Positions 50,501 through 61,841 are shown, counted from the stretch's first letter. The stretch: DNA of 64,000 bases from an uncultured virus (IMG/VR IMGVR_UViG_3300029288_000003) (IMGVR_UViG_3300029288_000003); one strand, 5' to 3'. Numbers and translations: made by a program. Notes: a model not told the origin generated them from the letters alone.

Positions 50501-51023
50501 AATCGGTTGGTCCATTTGTCGGGGTCATATTTCCAGACGTGCGCTTCTATGACCCCGATCATTGGAATCTTTAGAAAATTACCACCTATACTTGACAAGC
50601 TAAAAGACTATGATATAGTTTTAATATGTCACTCAAAAATGGTGGTTTTAAGTTGAGACACATGCGTTGGCTGCCTAAGCCACATTGGATCGGAGTCAAT
50701 ATGTCGCCTCTGGGCGAGTTAGCGTTTTGTATCTTCTGGGGTATCATCGGCCTTATCTGTTTATGGATAGCTCATTCGTAAAGACATGGGTTTTTCAACT
50801 GATGGCTACGGGTTGTGACTATCTTACTGGTAGTCATAATCGCACCGTGTATAGCATAACAGTTTTTGCTACCCGTGAATTGGCCGAGAGCCGAATCGAA
50901 AGTTTCAAGTCTGCCTGTCTAAATCGACTATTGGAAGCCCCTATTAAAGTGGTAGTTATGCCACTAGAAGTGATTAGCGAATAATTCACTTGACTTTCTC
51001 GAAAAAGATGATAGGGTAGTAGT

Positions 51024-51416
51024 ATGACACACCTGACTGAATTACCGCCGATCAAACTACCACAACTTGTATCAGCACCGTTCTTTATGCTGGTACAAGA
51101 GGGTGAGATTCTGGATTGTTGCCAAAATCCAAACGCCCTTATGTGGTCCCTCTTGAATGACGATACTGATTTTTCGGTGGCCGTGGGTGTAATCAATGAG
51201 GATGGCAAGCGGGAAATCGTTGGTACTTGCGCTGAGTTTAAGACTAGGCCCAACAGCACTATTGCCTATCTTACATCGGATATGGACGGCTACCGTCGGC
51301 TGGTAAGCAAAGGTGACGCCGCCGACTGCATCCGTAATCGAGTCTGTACGTTGTATGGAAAAGGCCATTTGTCCGATCCATGCAATTTTTCCAAGGTCGA
51401 AATGATTGAGGGTTAA
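51024..51416 (+). CDS. hypothetical protein (leaderless)
   Basis: Promoter 50990-51017, ATG 6 nt downstream. Confidence 0.6.
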   Translation: MTHLTELPPIKLPQLVSAPFFMLVQEGEILDCCQNPNALMWSLLNDDTDFSVAVGVINEDGKREIVGTCAEFKTRPNSTIAYLTSDMDGYRRLVSKGDAADCIRNRVCTLYGKGHLSDPCNFSKVEMIEG

Positions 51417-51419
51417 TCC

Positions 51420-52355
51420 ATGCCACGTTGTCACACCTGTAATGCTCTAGTCCCAACCGATCAAATGCACCGTACTCCCTACGGGGAGAATGTTTGCTGG
51501 CAATGTTTTGATCGAGACTTCATACATTGCAATGAATGTGGTCGCCCGGCATGGCGCGGCGATTGTCCTAACGATGACTTGTGCTATGAATGTTGGGACC
51601 GGGTACGATTTTGGAATTCGGAGGAAGTGAGCCACCTTACCACGATTAAAAAGACTGGCAGTGGCCGTTGTTTTGGTATCGAGTTGGAAACTTCGCAGTG
51701 TGACAACTACCCCAAAATGCGGGGTGAAACCTGTTTTGGGGTGAAAGAGGATGGATCGGTTGACGGCATGGAATTTTACTCCCCGATTTTGTGCGGAGAT
51801 AAGGGCCTTGCAGAAATCCGAAAATTTTGCCGGTTGGCAAAGCGGCATGACTTCGAGGTTGATGATACTTGCGGGTATCACCTGCATCTTGATATGCGGG
51901 ATACTACCATTGTTCAACGCAAACGAATCGCGTATGCGTATCGCCTGACATTTAGCTTGTGGCAGCATTTGGTACGGGAGGACCGATGGCACAATACGTT
52001 TTGCGAAGGCCCTAATTACAGCCCGCAAGAGCTACGGGATACCCATAATTTTACTACGTTCGAGCGCCGGCAATGCCGCTATCAGTTTGTCAACCTGCGG
52101 GCATTTTGTGACCATAGCACGTATGAACTGCGTGGCTTTCAGGGGACACTTGACTACCGCGAAATTTGCAACTGGATTAAAGCCCATTTGCGTTTTGTCG
52201 AATTCGTAAAAGACACGCCGATGGCTGAACTTGATGCCATGTTTGGGCAGGGATTACGTAAAGCCAAACGGAGTTTGCGTAAGGTACTTGGCACTTCACT
52301 AAGCAACTACTATGCAAAACTCTGGCGTAAACATGCCCATAGGGTGGCCGTATGA
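51420..52355 (+). CDS. amidoligase paralog 3
   Basis: FGIELET, DGSVDGMEFYSPIL, CGYHLH, RYQFVN, YELR. Confidence 0.75.
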   Translation: MPRCHTCNALVPTDQMHRTPYGENVCWQCFDRDFIHCNECGRPAWRGDCPNDDLCYECWDRVRFWNSEEVSHLTTIKKTGSGRCFGIELETSQCDNYPKMRGETCFGVKEDGSVDGMEFYSPILCGDKGLAEIRKFCRLAKRHDFEVDDTCGYHLHLDMRDTTIVQRKRIAYAYRLTFSLWQHLVREDRWHNTFCEGPNYSPQELRDTHNFTTFERRQCRYQFVNLRAFCDHSTYELRGFQGTLDYREICNWIKAHLRFVEFVKDTPMAELDAMFGQGLRKAKRSLRKVLGTSLSNYYAKLWRKHAHRVAV

Positions 52356-52636
52356 ACTTGAACCCGTTACGCTATCAGTTAATGACCCAGGTTGAAAGCC
52401 TGATTCGTGGGACTGAAACCCTATTAGCCGATCCTCAGATTCAGAGCCGGATACTGGTTGCTGTTGTAGCGCGTGACTGTCTCATACGCCAATTATTTTG
52501 GGGTGAGCAATTACTGGCGACATTGCGGGATGAGGGAAACTATTATCATGCCCGCGATGAGTTTAACATTGCAAGCCGGGCGAGTGAGAAAGCCCTAAAC
52601 ATACTCCATGATTTTCATAACCCAAGGTGTTCATAA
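52352..52636 (+). CDS. hypothetical protein, paralog of 61253-61531
   Basis: ARDCLIRQLFWGEQLL. Confidence 0.6.
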   Translation: MNLNPLRYQLMTQVESLIRGTETLLADPQIQSRILVAVVARDCLIRQLFWGEQLLATLRDEGNYYHARDEFNIASRASEKALNILHDFHNPRCS

Positions 52637-54139
52637 TGTTTTCAGTTAGACAAAAACGCGAAATCGCCGACGCCGTGCAACGTATTCTAAGGGATACTAA
52701 CCACCCCGAATTGCCCGCCGGTGAGATTCAATTCAAGCTGCATGTTGATGGTGCCCGACCAGGAAGTAGTTGGGCGGATATACAGAATAACGGGGCTGTA
52801 CCGAATCCAACGGTTAATCCGCATAATGAGCGGCAGGATTCACTTGACAAACCAACAAAATAAGGTAGAATAGATTATATGAAATACGCCATTCGATTAA
52901 GTCACCTACCGCCCGTCGTTATCTACGCCACCCTCAAGCGCTCGGCTGAGGATGTTGTAGCGGCCTTGTGTGAGGAAGCTACCGAAGCGAAGCAATGCGG
53001 CATGGGTATTTGTGGTTATGTCAACAAGGTTCTACGCTGGTTGTCTGACGATCTTCTGTGCGAATCGTGCCAACTGGTTGAAGATGATACCCGACTTGTC
53101 TTTACCGATACGCGGGATGCTGATTATCTTATCACTAAGACGGATAAGGGCTTTGACGTGGTGCGCCTAACCGATTCGTATGATCGGGAGCTATTGGGCC
53201 GATAAGCATGATATTCAACGAATGGTGGACGCGATACGGTAGTGCTTGTGTTGGCATGGAAACTATGCAAGAGGTAGCCCGCCTAGCTTATGAGGAGGGG
53301 GTTAAGGCTGGGTATGATACCGGATATGATGAGGGTTATTCTAACGGCTATGATACCGGCAGCAATGACGAAAGAGAGGTTCATTTCGGATGACATTCGA
53401 TCAGTGGTGGGAAGAAAATAAAGAGGATTGCACATACTCCGAACTGCCAACCGACGTGATAAAGTTGATTGCGATGGCTGCGTATGATGCCGGGTGGGAG
53501 GAAGGGTGGGACAAAGGCTGTATTGTCCCGTCAATACAATGAGATACGCAATACAAACCCCCATTGCTGTTTTCTGTTGCCGATTGTTTTTGCCAAAACA
53601 ATTAGTGATAGACCGATTGCATACACGTAATACGTCATGCGCGGGGGTCTACACTAGAACACGTTGGATACACGAAAAGTTACTTGCGATGAATCCATCG
53701 TTGGCTATCTTGGACCATTTCAACCAGGATGATGATAGACTTCCTAGCAATCAAACCCCGGAAGAATGGTGCGAAGTACGAATCTTTGCCTATGATTTAG
53801 GATTCTGAAAATGAAGTATGCCGTAATTATGAGGGACGTGATTTTCTGTTGTGAATTGCACGATACCCCTACCGATGTTCTTAACGCCTTGAATGAATGG
53901 GATAACCATGATCTTGGCCCCTTTCAGCGTAAGAGTCTAGCCCGCGATTGCTTGGAAGATTTGGAATTGAACCAGTGGCATAGCGGCGATGTTCATGTTA
54001 TCGAGGATAGCTTGCCGCTGATGGACAACCAGCCGGTCAACCATTGGGCGAATCATGTAATCTTGTGGGATGCCACTAGCGGCTTTTATTTTGAGCGCTG
54101 TTTATCGGGCGATTGCGGCAACTGTAACTGTGGTGGGAA

Positions 54140-54712
54140 ATGCTAACCAGTTTGCAATTTACTGAGAAGTGGCGTTGCTTTGCAGAGGGCGATACTATTA
54201 AGTTTCGCCCCGGCGTTAATCTACTGGTTGGCGATCAAGGCAGTGGTAAGAGTAGCGTACTACAGGCTATTGCAGCTAGTGCTAAGGCAAAGAAATACAC
54301 GTATCAAGTTGACCTTGGCAAAAAGGTCAAGGTGGTGGCTGATAAGATGCCTGCGGGCGGCTTTGATTTTGAGAAGGATAACCGCCGTACACGTCCCTAC
54401 TTTGACCATGATAATTTTCAAGCACACATAGCAATGATGTGGTCAAGCCACGGGCAATCAAACCTTGCAATCTTGCGTAGTATGGCAAAGATGCAAGGTA
54501 CTTTGATATTCCTTGATGAGCCGGATATGGCCCTTAGCATACGGTCGGTCTACAAATTGATCGACCTGTTAAATGCGGCTGCTATTCGTAAATGTCAAAT
54601 TGTTGCCGCCGTTCATAACCCGATTTTAATTCAGGCATACCCCGAAGTTTACTCATTAGAAAAACGAAAGTGGGTATACAGTGACGAATTCATTTTGAGT
54701 CAAACACCATGA
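54140..54712 (+). CDS. stand-alone ABC/SMC-type ATPase
   Basis: GDQGSGKS Walker A, SHGQ signature, FLDEPD Walker B, H-loop. Confidence 0.85.
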   Translation: MLTSLQFTEKWRCFAEGDTIKFRPGVNLLVGDQGSGKSSVLQAIAASAKAKKYTYQVDLGKKVKVVADKMPAGGFDFEKDNRRTRPYFDHDNFQAHIAMMWSSHGQSNLAILRSMAKMQGTLIFLDEPDMALSIRSVYKLIDLLNAAAIRKCQIVAAVHNPILIQAYPEVYSLEKRKWVYSDEFILSQTP

Positions 54713-56542
54713 TTCAGTGGTACGTTATAGTACGAAAAGATAATGGCTATCCGCTACAAATTTATGCGGATAAGGAACTAGCAGAACAGATTGCCCGTGC
54801 GAATGGCGAGAAAGTTGTACCCGTAACCCCGGTGACAAAATGACTTGGTATGAAGCGATTAGCGAGTTGTGCTTGCAAGTTGATAGTGAAGAAACTATCA
54901 AAGATATTCTAGCGACGGCGGTTGATGAGTGTATGATTACGTCGCATGATGCCGATAGCATTGCTAAAATGGTTCATGTAGTGAGGCCAGTATGAAAAAC
55001 GAACAATTTGAGGAATGGTGGGCGACAATGGAACCCGGTTTTCGGGACGTGCAACCCGTGCTGATGTTGGCTTTCAAGGAAATTGCCGAGAAGGCATGGG
55101 ATAATGGTTTCGATTGTGGATGGGATGCTTGTGGCGATACACTTTACTGGGGAACCGATGGATAAGGAATTCGAGAAGTGGTGGGCTGCGGTCGAGCAAT
55201 CGGCCCCGTGGATGCGCCTGCGCGGCTTGGACTATGCAATCAAGGCGATTGCATGGTCAGCGTGGAAAGCTAGTCGAGGTCTAATATGATTTATGCTTTG
55301 GTAAGCGGCGGCAAGTTTCTACACGGCCTCTATACTGATCCTCGAAAAGCTGCGGCATTGATTGCCCGGCAAGATAAGTATGGCGATTGGGATGCCATTA
55401 CCGCTTTGCTGGCGGCTGGGGAAGCGTATGCTTGTTGGACACTGATACCCTTGTCGCTTGACTGTGAATTCAAGGGGGACATACGGCTATGAAAGTACAA
55501 TTTTTCTGTGATAGCGGGGCTAACATTCATTCCTGCCATAAGTCTGGTATCTTGGATACTGTCAAAGATTTGGGGCTTGATGATGGTGAGTGGGAAGCAC
55601 TCTCGGATAATGAAAAGTATAAGTTAGCTGAGGAATGGGCTAACAACTACCTGGAAATCTACTTCGAGGAATCCTAATGCACATCATCGGATTCGTACCG
55701 CCTGAATGGCTTGATGCCATTGTCGAGTCAATGAACGCGGAATTTCCAGGGTGGTGTTTTTCAGGTGTAGACTTGGATACCATTGTAGCTGAGTATTTGC
55801 CCCATGATGCAATCATGCCCTTGATTGAAGCCTACCTTGACGGTGTAAATGATGCGTGGGAACTATGATGGAATATAAACACTGGCGAATTATGATCGGG
55901 CAACGCAAGGATGGTTGGTATTACCTTGTGGAGATATTGCCCAACAAAACATTCAAGGCCACTTATGGCCCGTTTGCCGGGCCAGAAAGTGCGGAGTATG
56001 ACGCTAAGCAAGTGATTGATGTACTCGAAAAATACTTGGAGTGGTAGCGCTTTAAGACGTGCCGGATTCATGGCCGGAAGGGTGCAAGTCCCAATAAGGT
56101 CTAGTAGACCAACCGGGTGCAAGGCCCGGCTATCATTCTAAAGCCCGCTATACCGGATGGCCGGTCACTGGCGGGTTTCCTTTTACCCAGGGGGTCTAAT
56201 TGTCGGGGTCGATTTTTGTTGAAAATAAACCCCAGAAATTTTAAGGCCCTATACGGCAGATTATCGGGGTCATATTCGATGTCCAATTCGGACGTACAAT
56301 TATCGGGGTCATGGATTAACTTATATTTTAGTTATATTTCTTGGACCCCGCTATTCCGAATTATCCGACGCTCTAACCCAGAAATTAAAAAGGTTAATTG
56401 CTGATAAACTGTGACCCCGATAGTCGCCTGTATGTTGCTGGCGTCACTAAGGGTTTATCCGATTCTAGCCGCACGGCAAGAATCCCTCACAGATTTTTAC
56501 CGCTGGCCTTGACTTTGTTGCAAAACGTGGTATAGTTAAGAT

Positions 56543-56823
56543 GTTGAGGGAAATTGTGCTACCGAAAACTTATAGGAGATACAGCCAACCGACTTTCAAT
56601 TCCGTAACCGCTTAAAAGCTACTGCCCGCCTTGATACTGTAAGTATCTCTATGTCGGGATTCCCGGTACTCGCGGTAGAATAGCCGTATCATCGGCACTA
56701 TAAGTCTTGGCAACGCAACCTCTTGCGGTAATCCTTGTTTCGGCCTCAATGCTTGTAGCTGGTTGTTGTTCCTCCCTTGCACACGGGCGGGTAGGTGTGT
56801 GGCCTATCCCGCCCATTCTTTTT
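56543..56823 (+). ncRNA. candidate structured ncRNA
   Basis: Promoter 56509-56536; no ORF over about 25 aa seen; nested stems; terminator GGGCGGG...CCCGCCC + T run. Confidence 0.5.
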
Positions 56824-56938
56824 GTCCGATTAAGTCGATTGTCGGGGTCATGGATAACATAAAAATTTTTATGTTGCGCTTTTTTCGGCTCGCTAACCCC
56901 AGGTAAAATAAGAACTTACGACTTTTTGGATTCCAGCT

Positions 56939-56968
56939 TGGTGGAAATTTGAGGGTCGCAATGTAGGG
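56939..56968. repeat. 30-bp element, copy B
   Basis: 29/30 identical to 40698-40727. Confidence 0.9.
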
Positions 56969-57232
56969 GAAACCGGCACCCCTTGACCGTTATAATTGAT
57001 ATAATCGGCCAAGTAGCGGTACAATCGTTAAGATCGTTAAAACCGTTAGAACCGATAAGATTATTATAAACGATCTAATCGGAAACCCCACTGGGATCGG
57101 CACAAGAGTTGTGACCGATACAACCGGCAGAATTGCAACGTATTGACGTTGCAATCGGTAGAATCGCTACAATCGGTAGCATTTGACGGTCTAACCGTCA
57201 AAATCGCACCATTCGCTATCCTAACACTATCT

Positions 57233-57260
57233 ATTATACCACGCCGTTGTGGTTTGTCAA
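57233..57260 (-). promoter_or_regulatory. minus-strand consensus sigma70 promoter facing a palindrome-rich region
   Basis: reverse complement TTGACA-N16-TATAAT. Confidence 0.75.
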
Positions 57261-57538
57261 CTACAATCCAGATAAACGGCCTTTTCTGGTTGGCGGGGTG
57301 ATGCCAAGATTGTCGATTGTCGGGGTCATGGCATTTTACGCGCCTGCGCGTAATATAGTATAATGTCAAAATCTGCGCCGGAATAATTGTAAAATGTGAT
57401 AGATCGAAAAAATCTGTTGCAATCTGAAAAAATCTTTGCAGGTTTCCGAACTATCGGCCAATTTTGCTTGACACCCGCCGACGGCATGGTAAGATACAAT
57501 GTAAGTCTGATTTTCCCTATCTAACGGAGGGCTAGGCA

Positions 57539-58948
57539 ATGGCGATAGCTACGTCGAAAATCGAATTACCCAACCATACACAATGCCCGGATTGTCGGCA
57601 ATGGTATGAGGGGGAAGGGGCAACGGCATACGGCAATGGTGACACCCGTACAGTATGCCCTAATTGTGCGGAATTGGCGGGATATGTTGCTTGTGACGAT
57701 TGCGGCAAGCTATTCCCCGAATTGCACGATTGCGACGGGGATAACTATTGCGACGATTGCGCCGATTCGCACGGGTTTAAGCAATGTTCGCAATGTGACG
57801 AATGGATGGATTCTGACGATCTGGAAGAATATGACGATGAGTTGTATTGCCGGGAATGTGCCGATGCCGCCGATCTATACCATTGTGACGATTGCGGCAA
57901 GCTATTCCACACTGACGATTTAACCGATTGCGACGGTAACTACTATTGCGACCGTTGCAAGGATAACAATGGGTATACGGAATGTTACCATTGCCATGAT
58001 ACTATCCATCGGGACCATTGTAGCACGGGTGCCGATGATGAGGATTATTGCGAATCGTGCTGGTGTGACCATTTTTCGGTTTGTGAGGATTGTGGCACAA
58101 CTATCTGGACTGACGATTGTGTCTATACTAGGGATGCTTGCTATTGTAGCGATTGTGCCCCTGGTGCCGAGAATTACGAACCGAAGCGTTTTGACGGTTC
58201 TAACAATACTTTCACAAAAATCGGTCAGCGCGCCTTTGGCGTAGAAATCGAGACTGACGAATGTGATGGTTATGAGGATTACGACGGTCGGGGCGCCTTT
58301 GGCGCAAAACCCGATGCTTCCGTAAATGGCAAAGAGTTTTATTCTGACATTCTTTCCGGGGATAAGGGTCTTGCGGAAATTGAGCAGTTTTGCCGTTTTG
58401 CGGATCGTAACGGTTTTGCCGTTGATTCCAGTTGTGGGCTTCATGCCCATTTTGACATGCGGAACGAAAATAACGATAGCATGAAGTCTATCGCTTGTGC
58501 CATGCTTTCCACTTATGAGGTTTGGAAGGCTTTTGTCGATGAGGCAAGACACGACAATCATTACTGTCATGCTAGTTGTGCCAGTTTGGGCGAAGTTTAC
58601 GGCGTTACCGATTTTAGGGATTGGGGCGGTCGTAGGCGTCGTTACGAATGGCTCAATTTTGTGGCCTATTACGAACATAGGAGTATTGAGGTTCGGTTGC
58701 ATCATGGCAGTCTTAACGCCACTGAGATATGTAACTGGATTAGGGGTATTTCCTTGTGGATGGATTGGGCCGCAAGTAAGGGTTGGAAGGAAGTAAGGGA
58801 TTCTCTGATTTACAAGAGTTATGCCGAAAGATTCGCCCTTATGTGCAAGGTTTGGGAAAATGCCGGTTGTGCCGATCTTGTCGATTGGTTCAAGGAACGG
58901 GTTGAAGCATCGGAAATCGAATGGGCCGAATTAGCCGAAGTAGCCTAA
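57539..58948 (+). CDS. amidoligase paralog 4 with long acidic CxxC repeat array
   Basis: Many CDDC-type pairs; FGVEIET, DASVNGKEFYS, CGLHAH, RYEWLN, IEVRLH; promoter 57468-57495. Confidence 0.75.
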   Translation: MAIATSKIELPNHTQCPDCRQWYEGEGATAYGNGDTRTVCPNCAELAGYVACDDCGKLFPELHDCDGDNYCDDCADSHGFKQCSQCDEWMDSDDLEEYDDELYCRECADAADLYHCDDCGKLFHTDDLTDCDGNYYCDRCKDNNGYTECYHCHDTIHRDHCSTGADDEDYCESCWCDHFSVCEDCGTTIWTDDCVYTRDACYCSDCAPGAENYEPKRFDGSNNTFTKIGQRAFGVEIETDECDGYEDYDGRGAFGAKPDASVNGKEFYSDILSGDKGLAEIEQFCRFADRNGFAVDSSCGLHAHFDMRNENNDSMKSIACAMLSTYEVWKAFVDEARHDNHYCHASCASLGEVYGVTDFRDWGGRRRRYEWLNFVAYYEHRSIEVRLHHGSLNATEICNWIRGISLWMDWAASKGWKEVRDSLIYKSYAERFALMCKVWENAGCADLVDWFKERVEASEIEWAELAEVA

Positions 58949-58964
58949 TTGGAGGGTTAGGCCG

Positions 58965-58996
58965 TAGGGCGGGGTCATACCCGCCCTATCTTTTTT
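58965..58996 (+). terminator. intrinsic terminator
   Basis: TAGGGCGGG...CCCGCCCTA + T run. Confidence 0.8.
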
Positions 58997-59210
58997 GCCA
59001 GTTTGTCCGATTGTCGGGGTCATACCTGGCGCTCCCGCGCATTCGTTATGACCCCGATGATAGTAATAAACGGCCTGTATTCCCTCTGACGTTACAATCG
59101 GACCCTAGCCCCGTGGTTTTCCACGCTATCCCGTCGATTTTGCTTGACTAAGCAAAATGCCGATCTATGCTTGTATAGTGGAGGGCGGGAGTTTACAACA
59201 CTAGCCTATT

Positions 59211-59414
59211 GTGGAGGGTGCTAAAATGGACCTAGTTTGTATCCGTTGTGGCAATGCGTTTGTGTCTAGTCGGTCCCATGATCTATGCCCCGATTGTCGC
59301 AAGAGGGAATCCCGCAAGCGCGCCTATCTGCGCAGAAAAGAGCGGGAATCCATTTTGCGGGATTGCGGGCTAGTCAAGGTTAGGGGCGCTCTTGGCGGGG
59401 TCTATTGGGAGTAG
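59211..59414 (+). CDS. small zinc-finger protein
   Basis: CIRC...CPDC; promoter 59144-59171. Confidence 0.55.
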   Translation: MEGAKMDLVCIRCGNAFVSSRSHDLCPDCRKRESRKRAYLRRKERESILRDCGLVKVRGALGGVYWE

Positions 59415-60572
59415 AAAAAATCTACTTGACAACCCGCAACCTTGACCTATGCTTGATATAGAAGGGGAGGGCGAAACAATGCTTTACCTGATTTTGATTT
59501 TCGCGTTTCTCTGGTTGTCGGGTTCACTTGACCGTTTACTCTAGGGGGTGTGCTATGCGATACCGCATTATCAGCCGGGAGAATGTCGAAACCTCATACG
59601 ATTTTGTCAACCTTACGATTGCGGGTTTCCGCTCTGCGCATGATGCTTGCCAAGTATGCCAGCGTATTGACATACTGGCATACGTGATGGATACTTTCAC
59701 GGGGCAAACCTTATACGAAAATTGGAAGGGGTAAACCATGCGAAAGCTACGGCAAGCTATCGTCAAGGTTTTGGCCGATCTAAAATCGGTCGAATATACC
59801 GATAAGGTTATCGGCCCCCTTGCCCATTGTGTCGCATACTTGGAAGGGTTGGCCGATCCAACAACGGAACAAGAGCGGGAAAGCCTAGTTGTCGGGTTGC
59901 GGGATTGCGTCAACCAGTTTGATGATTTTGCCGAAATTGAGGAAGATAACGGCAATACCAATTCTGCCGAAGTTTTGCATCTTGCCCGTTGGGATGCTTT
60001 AATGGCCATTTACTTTTTTGACAGGTGAACCATGAAACTGGTCTGTAGCGGTTATACCGAAGAGCGCAGAAGCGCCCGTTTTAAGGGTTGGGCAAACGCC
60101 CTAGCTTCTCCCCGGTTTACAATCTTGCGGGCGGACGATACCCCCATTGTCGATTGCGATATGGGGACAATGGCGATTACAACCTATACGGTTAGCTTGG
60201 AAGGGCACCCCGCCCGTACAATCAGCCGTAAAGACATACAACCTACCGCCCGGTTGTATTGTGACGCCCAACGGTTGCGGAAAAGCATAGGGACCGCGCC
60301 CCTTATGCTTATCCGTCCTAACCGTTAGAATCGGGCCGAAAAGCAAAGAATCGGGAAAGATTTTTCCCGTATTGCTTGACACCCGCCACCCCTAACGTAT
60401 GATTAAATAGAAGGGGAGAGACAATGGGCGGAACAATTACAAGGTTGACGATTCTCCGACACCCGCTATTGATTGCGGGGTTGTTTGGGTGGCGGGTTGC
60501 GGTTATGGGTATCGTTCATCCCCACCCGATAACTTTCCTTGACCTCTTGCGGACAATGGGGAGGGTGTAGCA

Positions 60573-60926
60573 ATGCTTACGAAAACCGAAAGATACGCGA
60601 TAGCAAACGCCGCAATCGCCAAGCTAGGGGCGCGTAGGGCAATGGAAGCATCCCGCCCGGTTTACCCGCCGATACCCAACCCGACGGGTTTTGACGGGGT
60701 GGACCTCTTGCCCGGTCGATACCCCCGTTATCGGGCGCGTATCCGATTTTGTGACGCCCTTAGTGGGCAGGATACCCGTATCACATTGGGCACCCGGTTT
60801 GATAGTGCCGAACAAGCGGGGTATGCTTACGCTGCCGCGCACGTAAAGCTATGGGGCGCGGTTAGCCGATACACCCGCGATATATCGCCGGATGAATTGC
60901 AAGCAATGATCGACGGGGGCCGATGA
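60573..60926 (+). CDS. AP2-domain DNA-binding protein
   Basis: TGFDGV...YRARI...LGTRFDSAEQAGYAY..A..KLWG. Confidence 0.7.
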   Translation: MLTKTERYAIANAAIAKLGARRAMEASRPVYPPIPNPTGFDGVDLLPGRYPRYRARIRFCDALSGQDTRITLGTRFDSAEQAGYAYAAAHVKLWGAVSRYTRDISPDELQAMIDGGR

Positions 60927-60984
60927 TTTTTATTTGACAATCACAATTCCCGATCTATGCTTAATATAGGAAGGGGATACAATC

Positions 60985-61251
60985 ATGGCGACAACAAAAC
61001 GATACGGGCGGAATGGTGGCGAGTATGCGGGCGGGTACTATCGCCGACAACCGGGCGGGTGGTGGTATCTATGGGCCAACGTGGAAGATTACGCCAACGG
61101 CAAACCACGCGATACCGTCTTGTGTGGCCCCTTGCCGGTTGCGGAAGTAAGGGCACAACTAGCCCGCTATGTGGCGGATAGGGCGGTAGAAGCATTGCAA
61201 GCGGGGCGGGTTGTCGGTTATGTTTTGGGTGCTAACAGACTGGGGGTGTAA
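60985..61251 (+). CDS. hypothetical protein
   Basis: Promoter 60934-60961 and AGGGG SD. Confidence 0.55.
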   Translation: MATTKRYGRNGGEYAGGYYRRQPGGWWYLWANVEDYANGKPRDTVLCGPLPVAEVRAQLARYVADRAVEALQAGRVVGYVLGANRLGV

Positions 61252-61252
61252 C

Positions 61253-61531
61253 ATGGTTACAAGAGAAGGGGTTGCCGATAGTGTCGCGCGGGTGGTCAAG
61301 CTACTTGATAACCCCCGCCTTGCCCCTTGTCCCCGTAATTCGGTTGTGCGGGATGCAAGGGCTGCGCTGATTGCGCAGATTTTTTGGGGTGATAGGGTTC
61401 TTGCCGCCTATAGGGATGGTATCGACCCTATGCCCTTTGCCGACGAAATGGCGAAAGCCTATCATCGGGGTCATGCCGCGCTTGACAAGTTTGTGGATTG
61501 TATCCGAAACAAGGATTGCAACGGGGTCTAA
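61253..61531 (+). CDS. hypothetical protein, paralog of 52352-52636
   Basis: ARAALIAQIFWGDRVL. Confidence 0.6.
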   Translation: MVTREGVADSVARVVKLLDNPRLAPCPRNSVVRDARAALIAQIFWGDRVLAAYRDGIDPMPFADEMAKAYHRGHAALDKFVDCIRNKDCNGV

Positions 61532-61532
61532 C

Positions 61533-61841
61533 ATGGTCAATATGTTTTGTGAGGATTGCAACGGTTGCGATCATTGTGAGTGTTGCACCGATTGCACGAA
61601 TTGCATGAATTGCGGGTTTTCCTACAAGTCTACCCGTTGCGTCAAGTCGTCGCATGTTATCAGGTGTAACGAGTGTGTCGATTGTGACGTTTGCGAGAAT
61701 TGCAATCATTGCATCGGTTGTCACGATTGCAAGGATTGTGAGTATTGTATCGACTGCGGGGGTCTTGTCGGTCGTAAGTATTGCATCGGTGGTAGGCAAT
61801 ATACCGAAGCAGAGTTTTTTACCGTATTGGGCAGGGCATGA
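61533..61841 (+). CDS. Cys-rich (Cxx)n repeat protein
   Basis: CEDCNGCDHCECCTDC... ending YCIGGRQYTEAEF. Confidence 0.65.
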   Translation: MVNMFCEDCNGCDHCECCTDCTNCMNCGFSYKSTRCVKSSHVIRCNECVDCDVCENCNHCIGCHDCKDCEYCIDCGGLVGRKYCIGGRQYTEAEFFTVLGRA

